A stretch of 64,000 nt of DNA, taken from Bacillota bacterium. Lineage in GTDB: Bacteria > Bacillota > Limnochordia > Darwinibacteriales > DTU012. Every line of letters starts with the position of its first letter. Within the stretch, counting starts at the first letter, position 1. Shown here piece by piece: positions 1 to 7,918 of this stretch. The position numbers were made by a program, and so were the translations under genes. The stretch spans positions 31,127-95,126 of the forward strand of contig DURM01000007.1 of assembly GCA_012837335.1 (NCBI GenBank), read 5' to 3'. The notes under the pieces are model-generated. The model had not been told where the DNA came from, did no database searches, and worked only from the letters and a program-made list of their open reading frames with translations.

Positions 1-801
1 GCCGAAAGCACCGTCTGGTTTCCCGAATGCATTGATGATTATAACAGCTGGGGACCGCTGAAATATGATCCGGAAAATTACTGGTGGCAGCGGCATCGGC
101 AGGCAATTGCTAGAGCTGTGGAGCTGGCTCAGGGTGAATTTTTGGTCAATATCCCTGATCTGATTGAAAATCTCGATATTCTAGCTGCTATGCGCGGCGC
201 CCAGAATCTCTGCTTTGATTTGATTGATCAGCCGGATATAGTGAAGGAATACCTGGATCAGCTGGATGATTTGTATTTTAAATATTACCATCCCCTCTAT
301 GAGCTGGTAAAAACACCCGATGGGGGCAGCAGTTACACTGTCTTCTCAATCTGGGGTCCGGGCAGGATTGCAAAAGTTCAGTGCGATTTTTCGGCATTGA
401 TTTCCCCCGCTCATTTCCGGGAATTTGCCCTGCCTTCTTTAAGAAAGCAGTGTCAGAATCTCGACTATTCGCTCTATCATCTTGATGGACCGGATGCGGT
501 GAAGCATGTAGAAGCGGTGATGGAGATTGAAGAACTGAATGCGCTGCAGTGGACACCTGGAGCAGGCCAGCCCGATGGGGGCAGTGAGCAGTGGTACCCG
601 ATTTATGATCAGGCTGTCGCTGCTGGAAAATCGCTGTGGATTATCTTTTCATCGCAAAACAGTTTTGCTGATTTGGTCCGGGGAGCTGATCGATTGGTGC
701 AGCGGTATGGTTCAGAAAAGCTGTATCTCCTCTTCCCGGTGATGTCGGAAAAAGAAGCGGAAGAGCTGATGGAAATAGCGGAGCGGGATTGGACTAAATA
801 G
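1..801 (+). CDS. URO-D (uroporphyrinogen decarboxylase/MtaA-like) family protein, C-terminal portion; 5' end lies off the window
   Basis: Frame 1 is open from nt 1 (AESTVWFPECIDDYNSWGPL...) to TAG at 799-801, so the ORF-track start at 118 (GTG) is internal. Motifs TVFSIWGPG, LYHLDGPD and LQWTPGAGQ resemble the C-terminal half of URO-D/MtaA-fold enzymes. It is a paralog of the CDS at 22780-23925. Confidence 0.45.
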   Translation, partial: AESTVWFPECIDDYNSWGPLKYDPENYWWQRHRQAIARAVELAQGEFLVNIPDLIENLDILAAMRGAQNLCFDLIDQPDIVKEYLDQLDDLYFKYYHPLYELVKTPDGGSSYTVFSIWGPGRIAKVQCDFSALISPAHFREFALPSLRKQCQNLDYSLYHLDGPDAVKHVEAVMEIEELNALQWTPGAGQPDGGSEQWYPIYDQAVAAGKSLWIIFSSQNSFADLVRGADRLVQRYGSEKLYLLFPVMSEKEAEELMEIAERDWTK

Positions 802-821
802 CAGGGACAGAGGGTGATCAA

Positions 822-2117
822 GTGAGCTTTATTGGCGTGATTGCCGATGATTTAACCGGCGCCATGGATGCTGGGATGCAGATGCTCACAGCAAATCTAA
901 CTGTGCACACCGCCCTTCTGCCGCAAAACCTTAACCAGGTTAGGGCCGGGGCAGATGTGGTCGTAGTCAATACCCAGAGCCGCAATATCGAACCGGATGC
1001 TGCGTATCGGGCGGTGAAGACCGCGTTTCAAAATTTACAAAGCGCGGGCTGCGCAGGTTTTTATAAAAAAATCGATTCTACGCTGAGAGGCAATGTGGGG
1101 GCGGAGCTTAGAGCAGCCTTGGATTCCGCGCTGTTTGACATGATCTTAGTTGCTCCCGCCCTGCCTTTCAATAAGCGGACCACAAGAAATGGAATTCACT
1201 ACGTGGATGGGGTGCCCCTTGCGGAAACTGAGCTGGCGCAGGATCCTTTTGCGCCAATTCAAGATTCGGAGATCAGCCGGATTATCCGGACTCAATATGA
1301 AACAGACACCGGTCTGGTAGCCCTGGATGATGTGCACAGAGGGGCAGAGCGAGTGAGCCAGGTTATGGAAGAATACGCCAAGGCCGGGATCAAGCTGATT
1401 ATTGCGGATGCAGCGGCAGAGCAGGATTTAGAAGTGCTGGCAGAAGCAGCCGGCCGCTTAAACCGCAGCGTGCTTTTATGCGGATCGGCGGGCTTGTTTC
1501 AATATTTCAACCGGTTTTATGGCGAAGACTTGATCAGAACGGAAACCCAAATCAAGAACCAGGGATTAAATGGAAATGGGCCGGTGCTGGTGCTTTCCGG
1601 CAGTCCGGCAGCAGCGTCAAAACGGCAGATTGACAGGTTAAGGGACCACCCTGATGTCTGCGTCATCCAGCTAGATATCACCAGGCTTGCAGAAAAGCAG
1701 GATGCGGCAGCGCGGGAAACTGCCCAAAAAGCAGTCCAAAGCCTTAGAGGCGGCAGGCATGTAATCTTAGATGCGGCGGGAACCAGCAAAGCGGAAATCT
1801 ACCGCAGGGCAGCGGGAGATCGGGAGCTGTTAGACCGCCACAGTGCCATGGTTCTGAATCTGATCAGCGAGACCGCGGGAGCAGCTGCTCTGCTTCCCCT
1901 CGCGGGGCTGGTTATCTTCGGTGGTGATACAGCAGTTGCAGCAGCAGGACGGCTGGGAGCAGCTGGTATTGCAATCATAGGTGAGGTTGAACCGTTTATT
2001 CCCCTGGGCAGACTGATCGGCGGCAGCCGCTCCGGCCTGCCGGTTGTTACCAAAGCAGGTGGATTTGGCAGTGATGAGCTGCTGATCAGAGTTTTAAGTA
2101 TTTTAGCGGGAGGTTGA
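822..2117 (+). CDS. Four-carbon acid-sugar kinase, DUF1537 family (OtnK/DtnK/DenK/OiaK-like)
   Basis: GTG start 10 nt after a GAGGGTGA RBS. N-terminus IGVIADDLTGAMDAG is the DUF1537 signature; a C-terminal nucleotide-binding half (ILLPLAGLVIFGGDTA) is present. Stop is 3 nt before the pdxA2-like gene. Confidence 0.7.
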   Translation: MSFIGVIADDLTGAMDAGMQMLTANLTVHTALLPQNLNQVRAGADVVVVNTQSRNIEPDAAYRAVKTAFQNLQSAGCAGFYKKIDSTLRGNVGAELRAALDSALFDMILVAPALPFNKRTTRNGIHYVDGVPLAETELAQDPFAPIQDSEISRIIRTQYETDTGLVALDDVHRGAERVSQVMEEYAKAGIKLIIADAAAEQDLEVLAEAAGRLNRSVLLCGSAGLFQYFNRFYGEDLIRTETQIKNQGLNGNGPVLVLSGSPAAASKRQIDRLRDHPDVCVIQLDITRLAEKQDAAARETAQKAVQSLRGGRHVILDAAGTSKAEIYRRAAGDRELLDRHSAMVLNLISETAGAAALLPLAGLVIFGGDTAVAAAGRLGAAGIAIIGEVEPFIPLGRLIGGSRSGLPVVTKAGGFGSDELLIRVLSILAGG

Positions 2118-2120
2118 GTT

Positions 2121-3134
2121 ATGGATAGACCAATTATTGCAGTCTCAACCGGCGACCCCTCAGGTATCGGGCCGGAGATTTCAATCTCGGCTCTGAAGCA
2201 TCAAGCAATCTATGGGGCCTGTCGGCCTTTTTTAATCGGAGATTTGGCAGTATTCCGCGATCTGGTGCCGGAGGAGTTGGGACTGAATCCGGTGGGACAG
2301 ATCGAGGATATGCGCTTTGAATACGGAACGATCGATCTTTTGGATCTGCAGCTGTTAGCGGAAGCTCCGCCGTTAGGCAGAGTCAACGCCGCAGCGGGCA
2401 ATGCTGCGTTTCACTATGTTAAGCGGGCGATTGAGCTGGCCCTTGCGGGAGTTGTTGATGCTACGGTGACCGGTCCCATCAACAAAGAAGCAATTAACCT
2501 TGCCGGGCACGCATTTGCCGGGCATACCGAGATTTACGCCCATTATACCAAGACCAAAGATTATGCGATGCTGTTAGCCCATGAGCATTTCCGCGTCATT
2601 CATGTTTCGACCCATGTATCGCTGCGGGAAGCCTGTGATTTAGTGACGAAGGAACGGGTGCTGAAGGTGATTAAAATTGCCGACCGCGCCTGCCGGCAGC
2701 TTGGGATTGCCGAGCCTAAAATTGCAGTCGCTGGTTTAAACCCCCATGCCGGGGAAAGCGGAATGTTCGGCCGGGAAGAAATTGAGGAAATCATCCCAGC
2801 GGTGAATGCTGCCAAGGCACTTGGACTGGATGTGGATGGACCGATTCCGCCGGATACCGTGTTTCCGAAGTTAAACGGCAAACTCTATGATATCTGTGTG
2901 TGCATGTACCATGATCAGGGCCATATTCCCACCAAACTGCTGGGCTTCACCTGGAATGAACAGGAAGGGAAATGGAATTCGGTGAGCGGCGTCAATATCA
3001 CGATGGGCCTGCCGATTATCAGGGTTTCGGTTGATCACGGCACTGCTTACGATATAGCCGGCAGGGGGATTGCATCTGAGCGATCGCTGGTAAGCGCCAT
3101 TGAATACGCAGTGCAGCTTGCCAAAAACCGCTAA
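2121..3134 (+). CDS. pdxA2: PdxA-family NAD-dependent dehydrogenase, PdxA2-like (4-phospho-D-threonate/erythronate dehydrogenase type)
   Basis: N-terminus MDRPIIAVSTGDPSGIGPEI and HVSTHVSLREA / AGLNPHAGE motifs are typical of the PdxA family. The PdxA2 assignment rests on the adjacent DUF1537 kinase. Confidence 0.7.
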   Translation: MDRPIIAVSTGDPSGIGPEISISALKHQAIYGACRPFLIGDLAVFRDLVPEELGLNPVGQIEDMRFEYGTIDLLDLQLLAEAPPLGRVNAAAGNAAFHYVKRAIELALAGVVDATVTGPINKEAINLAGHAFAGHTEIYAHYTKTKDYAMLLAHEHFRVIHVSTHVSLREACDLVTKERVLKVIKIADRACRQLGIAEPKIAVAGLNPHAGESGMFGREEIEEIIPAVNAAKALGLDVDGPIPPDTVFPKLNGKLYDICVCMYHDQGHIPTKLLGFTWNEQEGKWNSVSGVNITMGLPIIRVSVDHGTAYDIAGRGIASERSLVSAIEYAVQLAKNR

Positions 3135-3162
3135 CGAAGAAACGCAGAGAGGAGCTGATGGG

Positions 3163-4050
3163 ATGGAGTTGTGCAGAGGGATTATTCCGGCAATTTTAAC
3201 GCCTTTTACAGCCAGCGAGGACATCAATTTTCCTGAACTGCGCCGGCACGTGCGGCGAATGCTGGATGCCGGGGTGCACGGGATTTTCTGCCTGGGTACG
3301 AATGGAGAGTTCTATGCCTTAAGTGAAGAGGAAAAATATCAGGTTGTGGAAGCAGTGGTTGATGAGGTTAATGGACAGGTTCCGGTCTACGCCGGATCGG
3401 GAGAGATCGCAACTCGAACGGTTATCCGGCTCACTAAGCAGTTTCAAAAGTTGGGAGCCGATGCGGTATCGATTGTAACGCCTTATTTTATTAATCCATC
3501 TCAGCATGAGCTGTACCACCATTACCGTCGAATCGCGGAAGCAGTCGATCTCCCCATCATTCTCTACAATATTCCCATGCGGACTCATGTTAATCTAGAA
3601 CCGGAAACAGTGGCAGCTTTAGCAAGAGACTTGACCAATATTGTCGGGATTAAAGATTCCAGCGGTGACCTTCAGCTGACAAAGGCCTATATCGAGCAGT
3701 CCCCTCAAGATTTTGCTGTGATGGGCGGAAACGATGGCCTGATTCTTGATACTCTGCTGCTGGGAGGAACGGGTGCGATTGCCGCAACGGCGAATGTGAT
3801 CCCGGATATTCTCCTCAACATCTACAATGCTTACTCGGCCGGCGATCTGGAAACAGCGCGCAAGTGGCAGGAAAGGGTAGCGCCGCTGCGCCAAGATTTT
3901 AAGCTGGGAACCAGCCCAGGAGTGATCAAGGTGCAGGCCGGGCTGTGCGGTTTTGATGTTGGTCCCAGCCGTGGTCCGATTCGCTATGATGACCCGGAAG
4001 TAATTGCGAGAATCAAAGATAATATCAAGCGGAACTATAATTTGGGATAA
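3163..4050 (+). CDS. DHDPS/NAL-family class I aldolase (DapA-like; dihydrodipicolinate synthase / N-acetylneuraminate lyase family)
   Basis: ATG at 3163 lies 8 nt after GGAG; the ORF-track TTG at 3100 overlaps pdxA2. Motifs GIFCLGTNGEF, TPYF, and the Schiff-base lysine context IVGIKDSSGD are present. Confidence 0.65.
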   Translation: MELCRGIIPAILTPFTASEDINFPELRRHVRRMLDAGVHGIFCLGTNGEFYALSEEEKYQVVEAVVDEVNGQVPVYAGSGEIATRTVIRLTKQFQKLGADAVSIVTPYFINPSQHELYHHYRRIAEAVDLPIILYNIPMRTHVNLEPETVAALARDLTNIVGIKDSSGDLQLTKAYIEQSPQDFAVMGGNDGLILDTLLLGGTGAIAATANVIPDILLNIYNAYSAGDLETARKWQERVAPLRQDFKLGTSPGVIKVQAGLCGFDVGPSRGPIRYDDPEVIARIKDNIKRNYNLG

Positions 4051-4068
4051 CCTTAAAGGAGACCTGAT

Positions 4069-5376
4069 ATGGCTGTAAACCGCTTAACCATTAGTGAAAA
4101 TGGCAGGTTCTTAGCGCAGGATAATGGGCAGCCGTTTTTCTGGCTTGGTGATACCTGCTGGCTGCTGTTCAGCCGGTTGACCTTGGAGGAAGCTGAATAC
4201 TACTTAAGTGTGAGACAGCAGCAGGGTTATAATGTGATCCAGGCGTCTCTGATCCACGGTCTGCCGACACGAAACCGCTATGGGAACCGACCTTTTGTGG
4301 ATCATGACCCAGCGCAGCCGATCCTGCTGGATCATCCCGAAGGATATTGGGAGCATATCGATCGTGTACTTGCGGCAGCGGAAAAAAAGGGCCTGTACAT
4401 GGCCCTGGTACCGATGTGGGGATCGGTTGTCAGATATCAGAAAGCCACCGCAGAGCAGGCTGCGGCCTACGGCACTTGGCTTGCCCAGCGCTATCGCAGC
4501 AGACCGAATATTATCTGGCTTAACGGCGGCGACTGCCGGGGCGATGTTGGTCAAGAGATCTGGGATGCTTTAGGAGAAGCGATTAAAGCTGGCGATCCGA
4601 AGCATTTGATGACCTTTCATCCCCGGGGACGGACCCGATCCTCCATGTGGTTTCATGATCGCAGCTGGCTTGACTTTAATATGTTTCAGTCGGGACACTG
4701 CCGTTACGGCCAAGCTGGTAAGGACGGTATAACTGATCATTTTGCCCAGGACAACTGGCGGTACGTTGAGATCGACTATCAGCTGACACCGACTAAGCCA
4801 ACGATTGATGGGGAACCTTCATATGAAGCTATTCCCCACGGACTTCACGATTTTAACGAACCGCTGTGGCACGCAGCCGATGCGCGGCGATACGCGTATT
4901 GGTCAGTGTTTGCCGGTGCCTTTGGCCACACTTATGGGCACGCTTCAATCATGAAGTTGGCGTTTAAAGATTCTCCCAGCGCGAGTATGTATAAACCGTG
5001 GCAGGAAGCTGTATTTGATGAAGGCGGCACCCAAATGCAGCATTTGAAAAACTTAATTCTTGCTTATCCCTATTGGGAGCGAATCCCTGACCAAGCGGTA
5101 ATTGCAGGTGACGAGGGAGAAAAATACGAGCGTGTTGCAGTTACACGCGGTGCGGACTACTTACTTGCCTATGTTTATACCGGCAGGGAGTTTAGTCTCA
5201 GAATGGGAGTGATCAAAGGCGCCACAGTGCGGGCATTCTGGTATGACCCGCGTACGGGAGTGCGGACGCTGATTGGAGAAATGGAGAATTCCGGAGTGGT
5301 AAGTTTTAACCCTCCGGGCAAACATGAGGATGGCAATGACTGGGTGCTGATTCTCGAATCGGTATCCAGTGCTTAG
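4069..5376 (+). CDS. DUF4038 / glycoside hydrolase family 140-like protein (apiosidase family)
   Basis: FFWLGDTCWLLFSRLTLEEAEYYL, NVIQASLIH, IWLNGGD, FNMFQSGH and RRYAYWSVFAGAFGHTYGH match the DUF4038/GH140 TIM-barrel family. No signal peptide. It is a divergent paralog of 56741-58054. Confidence 0.55.
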   Translation: MAVNRLTISENGRFLAQDNGQPFFWLGDTCWLLFSRLTLEEAEYYLSVRQQQGYNVIQASLIHGLPTRNRYGNRPFVDHDPAQPILLDHPEGYWEHIDRVLAAAEKKGLYMALVPMWGSVVRYQKATAEQAAAYGTWLAQRYRSRPNIIWLNGGDCRGDVGQEIWDALGEAIKAGDPKHLMTFHPRGRTRSSMWFHDRSWLDFNMFQSGHCRYGQAGKDGITDHFAQDNWRYVEIDYQLTPTKPTIDGEPSYEAIPHGLHDFNEPLWHAADARRYAYWSVFAGAFGHTYGHASIMKLAFKDSPSASMYKPWQEAVFDEGGTQMQHLKNLILAYPYWERIPDQAVIAGDEGEKYERVAVTRGADYLLAYVYTGREFSLRMGVIKGATVRAFWYDPRTGVRTLIGEMENSGVVSFNPPGKHEDGNDWVLILESVSSA

Positions 5377-5503
5377 GGTAGCTCTTCTTGCTTAAACATT
5401 TACTTGATAATTGTTTAAATCTATTACTGGAGATAATTACAGCACAACCTGCGTGCTGGCATCCTGGGAGCTGAAATTTTGAAGCAGTAACAGCAGACTG
5501 CTT

Positions 5504-5538
5504 GGGAGAGACCCGCGGAAGGGTCTCTCTTTTTTAAA
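5504..5538 (+). terminator. Rho-independent terminator
   Basis: GAGAGACCC-gcggaa-GGGTCTCTC followed by TTTTTT. Confidence 0.7.
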
Positions 5539-5589
5539 TAATTTACTTAAAAAACATCTCATAATTTAGTTAAAGTGTTAACAATCGCA

Positions 5590-5618
5590 TTGACTCAACC
5601 AGGTTAATGTAATATAAT
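5590..5618 (+). promoter_or_regulatory. Sigma-A-type promoter (TTGACT-17 nt-TATAAT) for the Yip1/large-protein/ABC operon
   Basis: TTGACT at 5590-5595, a 17-nt spacer, TATAAT at 5613-5618, then a ~130-nt leader. Confidence 0.6.
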
Positions 5619-5753
5619 AATTACAGATGTTAAAGACGGACTAAAATATGTCGTTAAAGTGAAGATAGTGCGTAAGATGTAATGTAAACTGCAGCTGATA
5701 TTTCAGCTGAACTATCCGGGAAGGTGATTTGTGTGCGGTGCAGAGGACTGATA

Positions 5754-7895
5754 ATGGGATCATTAGTATTTTTGATACTAATGAGTTTTTATTTTCCTGC
5801 TGATGCGGCTATGTATAAAAGCTATGTCTTTGATGCATGGGGCAGGGCTGTGCCTACACCAGAACCTTATGAACCGGTTCGGATTATTTATGGCTCGGAT
5901 ATAGGCGTTGGTGAACTGATCGGTCCGGAGGATTTGTTTGTTGCTCCGGACAACACGCTGTATATAGTCGATACCCGCAACAACCGGATTGTTAGAACGA
6001 CCAGCAATTTTGAGCTGCTTGAGGTATACGCTGAGTTTGAACGGGCAGACGGCACCAAGGATCGCTTTAACAATCCGCTGGGAGTCTTTGTAACCGATGA
6101 AGGGCATATGTTTGTGGCGGATACGAACAATGGCCGCATTGTTCGCTTTGATGAAAACGGTCGCTTTATGATGACAATTGAAGCTCCGGAAAAGACTTAT
6201 CCGGAAGCATTCCCCGCGTATTTCCAGTTCCGGCCGACCAAAATTGCCATCGATCAAGTTGGCAGGCTCTATGTGACAAGCGCCGGACTGTATGAGGGTT
6301 TAATTGAGCTTGATCTCAACGGCAACTTCCGCACCTTTATGGGCGCACCCCCGGTTTACGTGGGAATCTGGGATTACTTCTGGGGCCGGATAGCCACCGA
6401 TGAGCAGCGGCAGAGACGCCAGCTCAATCTTCCAACTGAGTACAGCAGTATGGACCTGGACGCACGCGGTTTCATTTATACAACCGTATCCGGCGGTGAC
6501 ATTGATGTTACTGAGGTGGTCCGCCAGTTAAGTCCGGCGGGTAAGGATATCCTTAAGCGGGATGGTTTCTGGCCTCCCATGGGCGATATCAATGTGTTTG
6601 ACGAAATGCTTCTTTCGGAAGTGACCGGCTACTCGCTGCTGGTGGATATTATCTGTCGGGAAAACGGCATTTACAGTGTCCTGGATCAGCGGCGGGGCAG
6701 AATCTTTACCTATGATAATCATGGCAATTTGTTATATGTTTTCGGCGGTCTCGGCCAGGGTACAGGCTTGTTTGTTCGCGCGGTAGCCATTGAGCAGCTG
6801 GGCGATCAGCTGCTGGTTCTGGACAGCCGCAATAACAGCATTACTGTGTTTGAACCCACCAAATACGCTCAGCTGATTCATCAGGCGATTGATGAGTATG
6901 AGCAGGGACGCTATGAAGATTCAGCCGCTCTATGGTTTGAGGTAATGAAATATAATGCCAACTATGAGCTGGCTTATTCAGGTGTGGGAGATGCGTACCT
7001 TCGGCAGGGCGATTATGAGCAGGCCATGCTCTATTATCGTTTAGGCAACGACCGGCCTGGCTACTCGGACGCGTTTTACCGCTACCGGCGGGAATTGATG
7101 AATGAGTATTTCGGAACGTTTATGAACTGGGTGTTGGTGATCGCAGCTGTAATCTTTGCGGCTGCAAAGCGCCAGTGGATTCCCAGAGCCAAGGCAAAGT
7201 ACCGCACCAGCCAGCTGGCAGCAGCGCTGGCAAGCGAGCGGGTGCAGCAGAACCGGGTTTATGCGGCAGTAAAGGGCACCTTAAGCAAGATGCGCTATGC
7301 TCTGCATGTCATCTTCCATCCTTTTGATGGTTTCTGGGATTTGAAATACGATAACCGCGGTTCCTTTGCTGCGGCAACGGTGATTTTGCTTATGGCTGCG
7401 CTGTCCTTCGTCTTTATGCGCCAGTACACAGGATTTGTACTGAACTACAACCGTATTGAAGATCTCAATATCTTTGTCGAGGCTGTCAGCATCATTATTC
7501 CATTCTTACTCTGGTGCGTGGTTAACTGGGGTCTGACAACCCTGATGGACGGCAAGGGAAGAATGATTGATATTTATATCGCGGGAGCTTATGCGCTGAC
7601 ACCGATGGTGCTGATTTTTATCCCGGCGACTATTTTCAGCAACTACATCACTGTCGATGAAGGCACTTTTTACTATCTCCTGGTCACGATCGGTACAGTG
7701 TGGAGCTTATCCCTGCTCTTCCTTGGTGCCGGGGTGATTCATGAGTATGGTTTCGGGAAAACCATCTTTACTACAGCAGCTACGATTGTCGGTATCGGAA
7801 TTGTCCTCTTTGTGGGACTGCTGTTCTTTGACGTAATTGACCGGATGAGCTTGTTTATCCAGGATCTATATACAGAAATTGCACTGCGGTTATAA
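5754..7895 (+). CDS. Secreted NHL-repeat beta-propeller + TPR-like region + C-terminal Yip1-like multipass membrane domain protein
   Basis: ATG at 5754 lies 7 nt after AGAGGA and gives the signal-peptide-like MGSLVFLILMSFYFPADA. NHL repeats appear as YIVDTRNNRIVR, FVADTNNGRIVRFD and LLVLDSRNNSITVF. The TPR-like YEQGRYEDSAALWFEVMKYNANYELAYSGVGDAYLRQGDYEQA follows. At least five hydrophobic helices sit in the last ~250 aa (Yip1/DUF1282-like). Confidence 0.5.
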   Translation: MGSLVFLILMSFYFPADAAMYKSYVFDAWGRAVPTPEPYEPVRIIYGSDIGVGELIGPEDLFVAPDNTLYIVDTRNNRIVRTTSNFELLEVYAEFERADGTKDRFNNPLGVFVTDEGHMFVADTNNGRIVRFDENGRFMMTIEAPEKTYPEAFPAYFQFRPTKIAIDQVGRLYVTSAGLYEGLIELDLNGNFRTFMGAPPVYVGIWDYFWGRIATDEQRQRRQLNLPTEYSSMDLDARGFIYTTVSGGDIDVTEVVRQLSPAGKDILKRDGFWPPMGDINVFDEMLLSEVTGYSLLVDIICRENGIYSVLDQRRGRIFTYDNHGNLLYVFGGLGQGTGLFVRAVAIEQLGDQLLVLDSRNNSITVFEPTKYAQLIHQAIDEYEQGRYEDSAALWFEVMKYNANYELAYSGVGDAYLRQGDYEQAMLYYRLGNDRPGYSDAFYRYRRELMNEYFGTFMNWVLVIAAVIFAAAKRQWIPRAKAKYRTSQLAAALASERVQQNRVYAAVKGTLSKMRYALHVIFHPFDGFWDLKYDNRGSFAAATVILLMAALSFVFMRQYTGFVLNYNRIEDLNIFVEAVSIIIPFLLWCVVNWGLTTLMDGKGRMIDIYIAGAYALTPMVLIFIPATIFSNYITVDEGTFYYLLVTIGTVWSLSLLFLGAGVIHEYGFGKTIFTTAATIVGIGIVLFVGLLFFDVIDRMSLFIQDLYTEIALRL

Positions 7896-7918
7896 CGTTT
7901 TCAAGGGGAGAGATCAGA

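Noticed and set aside
3100-3162. ORF-track 5' extensions using TTG/GTG or upstream ATG. Affected ORFs and their ORF-track starts: DapA-like 3100; permeases 10689 and 11608; GH42 17853; GH-like 20015; URO-D-like 22741; GH95 38361; phosphoesterase 40701; response regulator 55369; GH 58027; RluA 60676; arginase 42265.
   Set aside because: These extensions overlap the upstream gene and/or lack an RBS. A downstream in-frame ATG/GTG with a spaced AGGAGG-like RBS was chosen instead. Start calls remain predictions.
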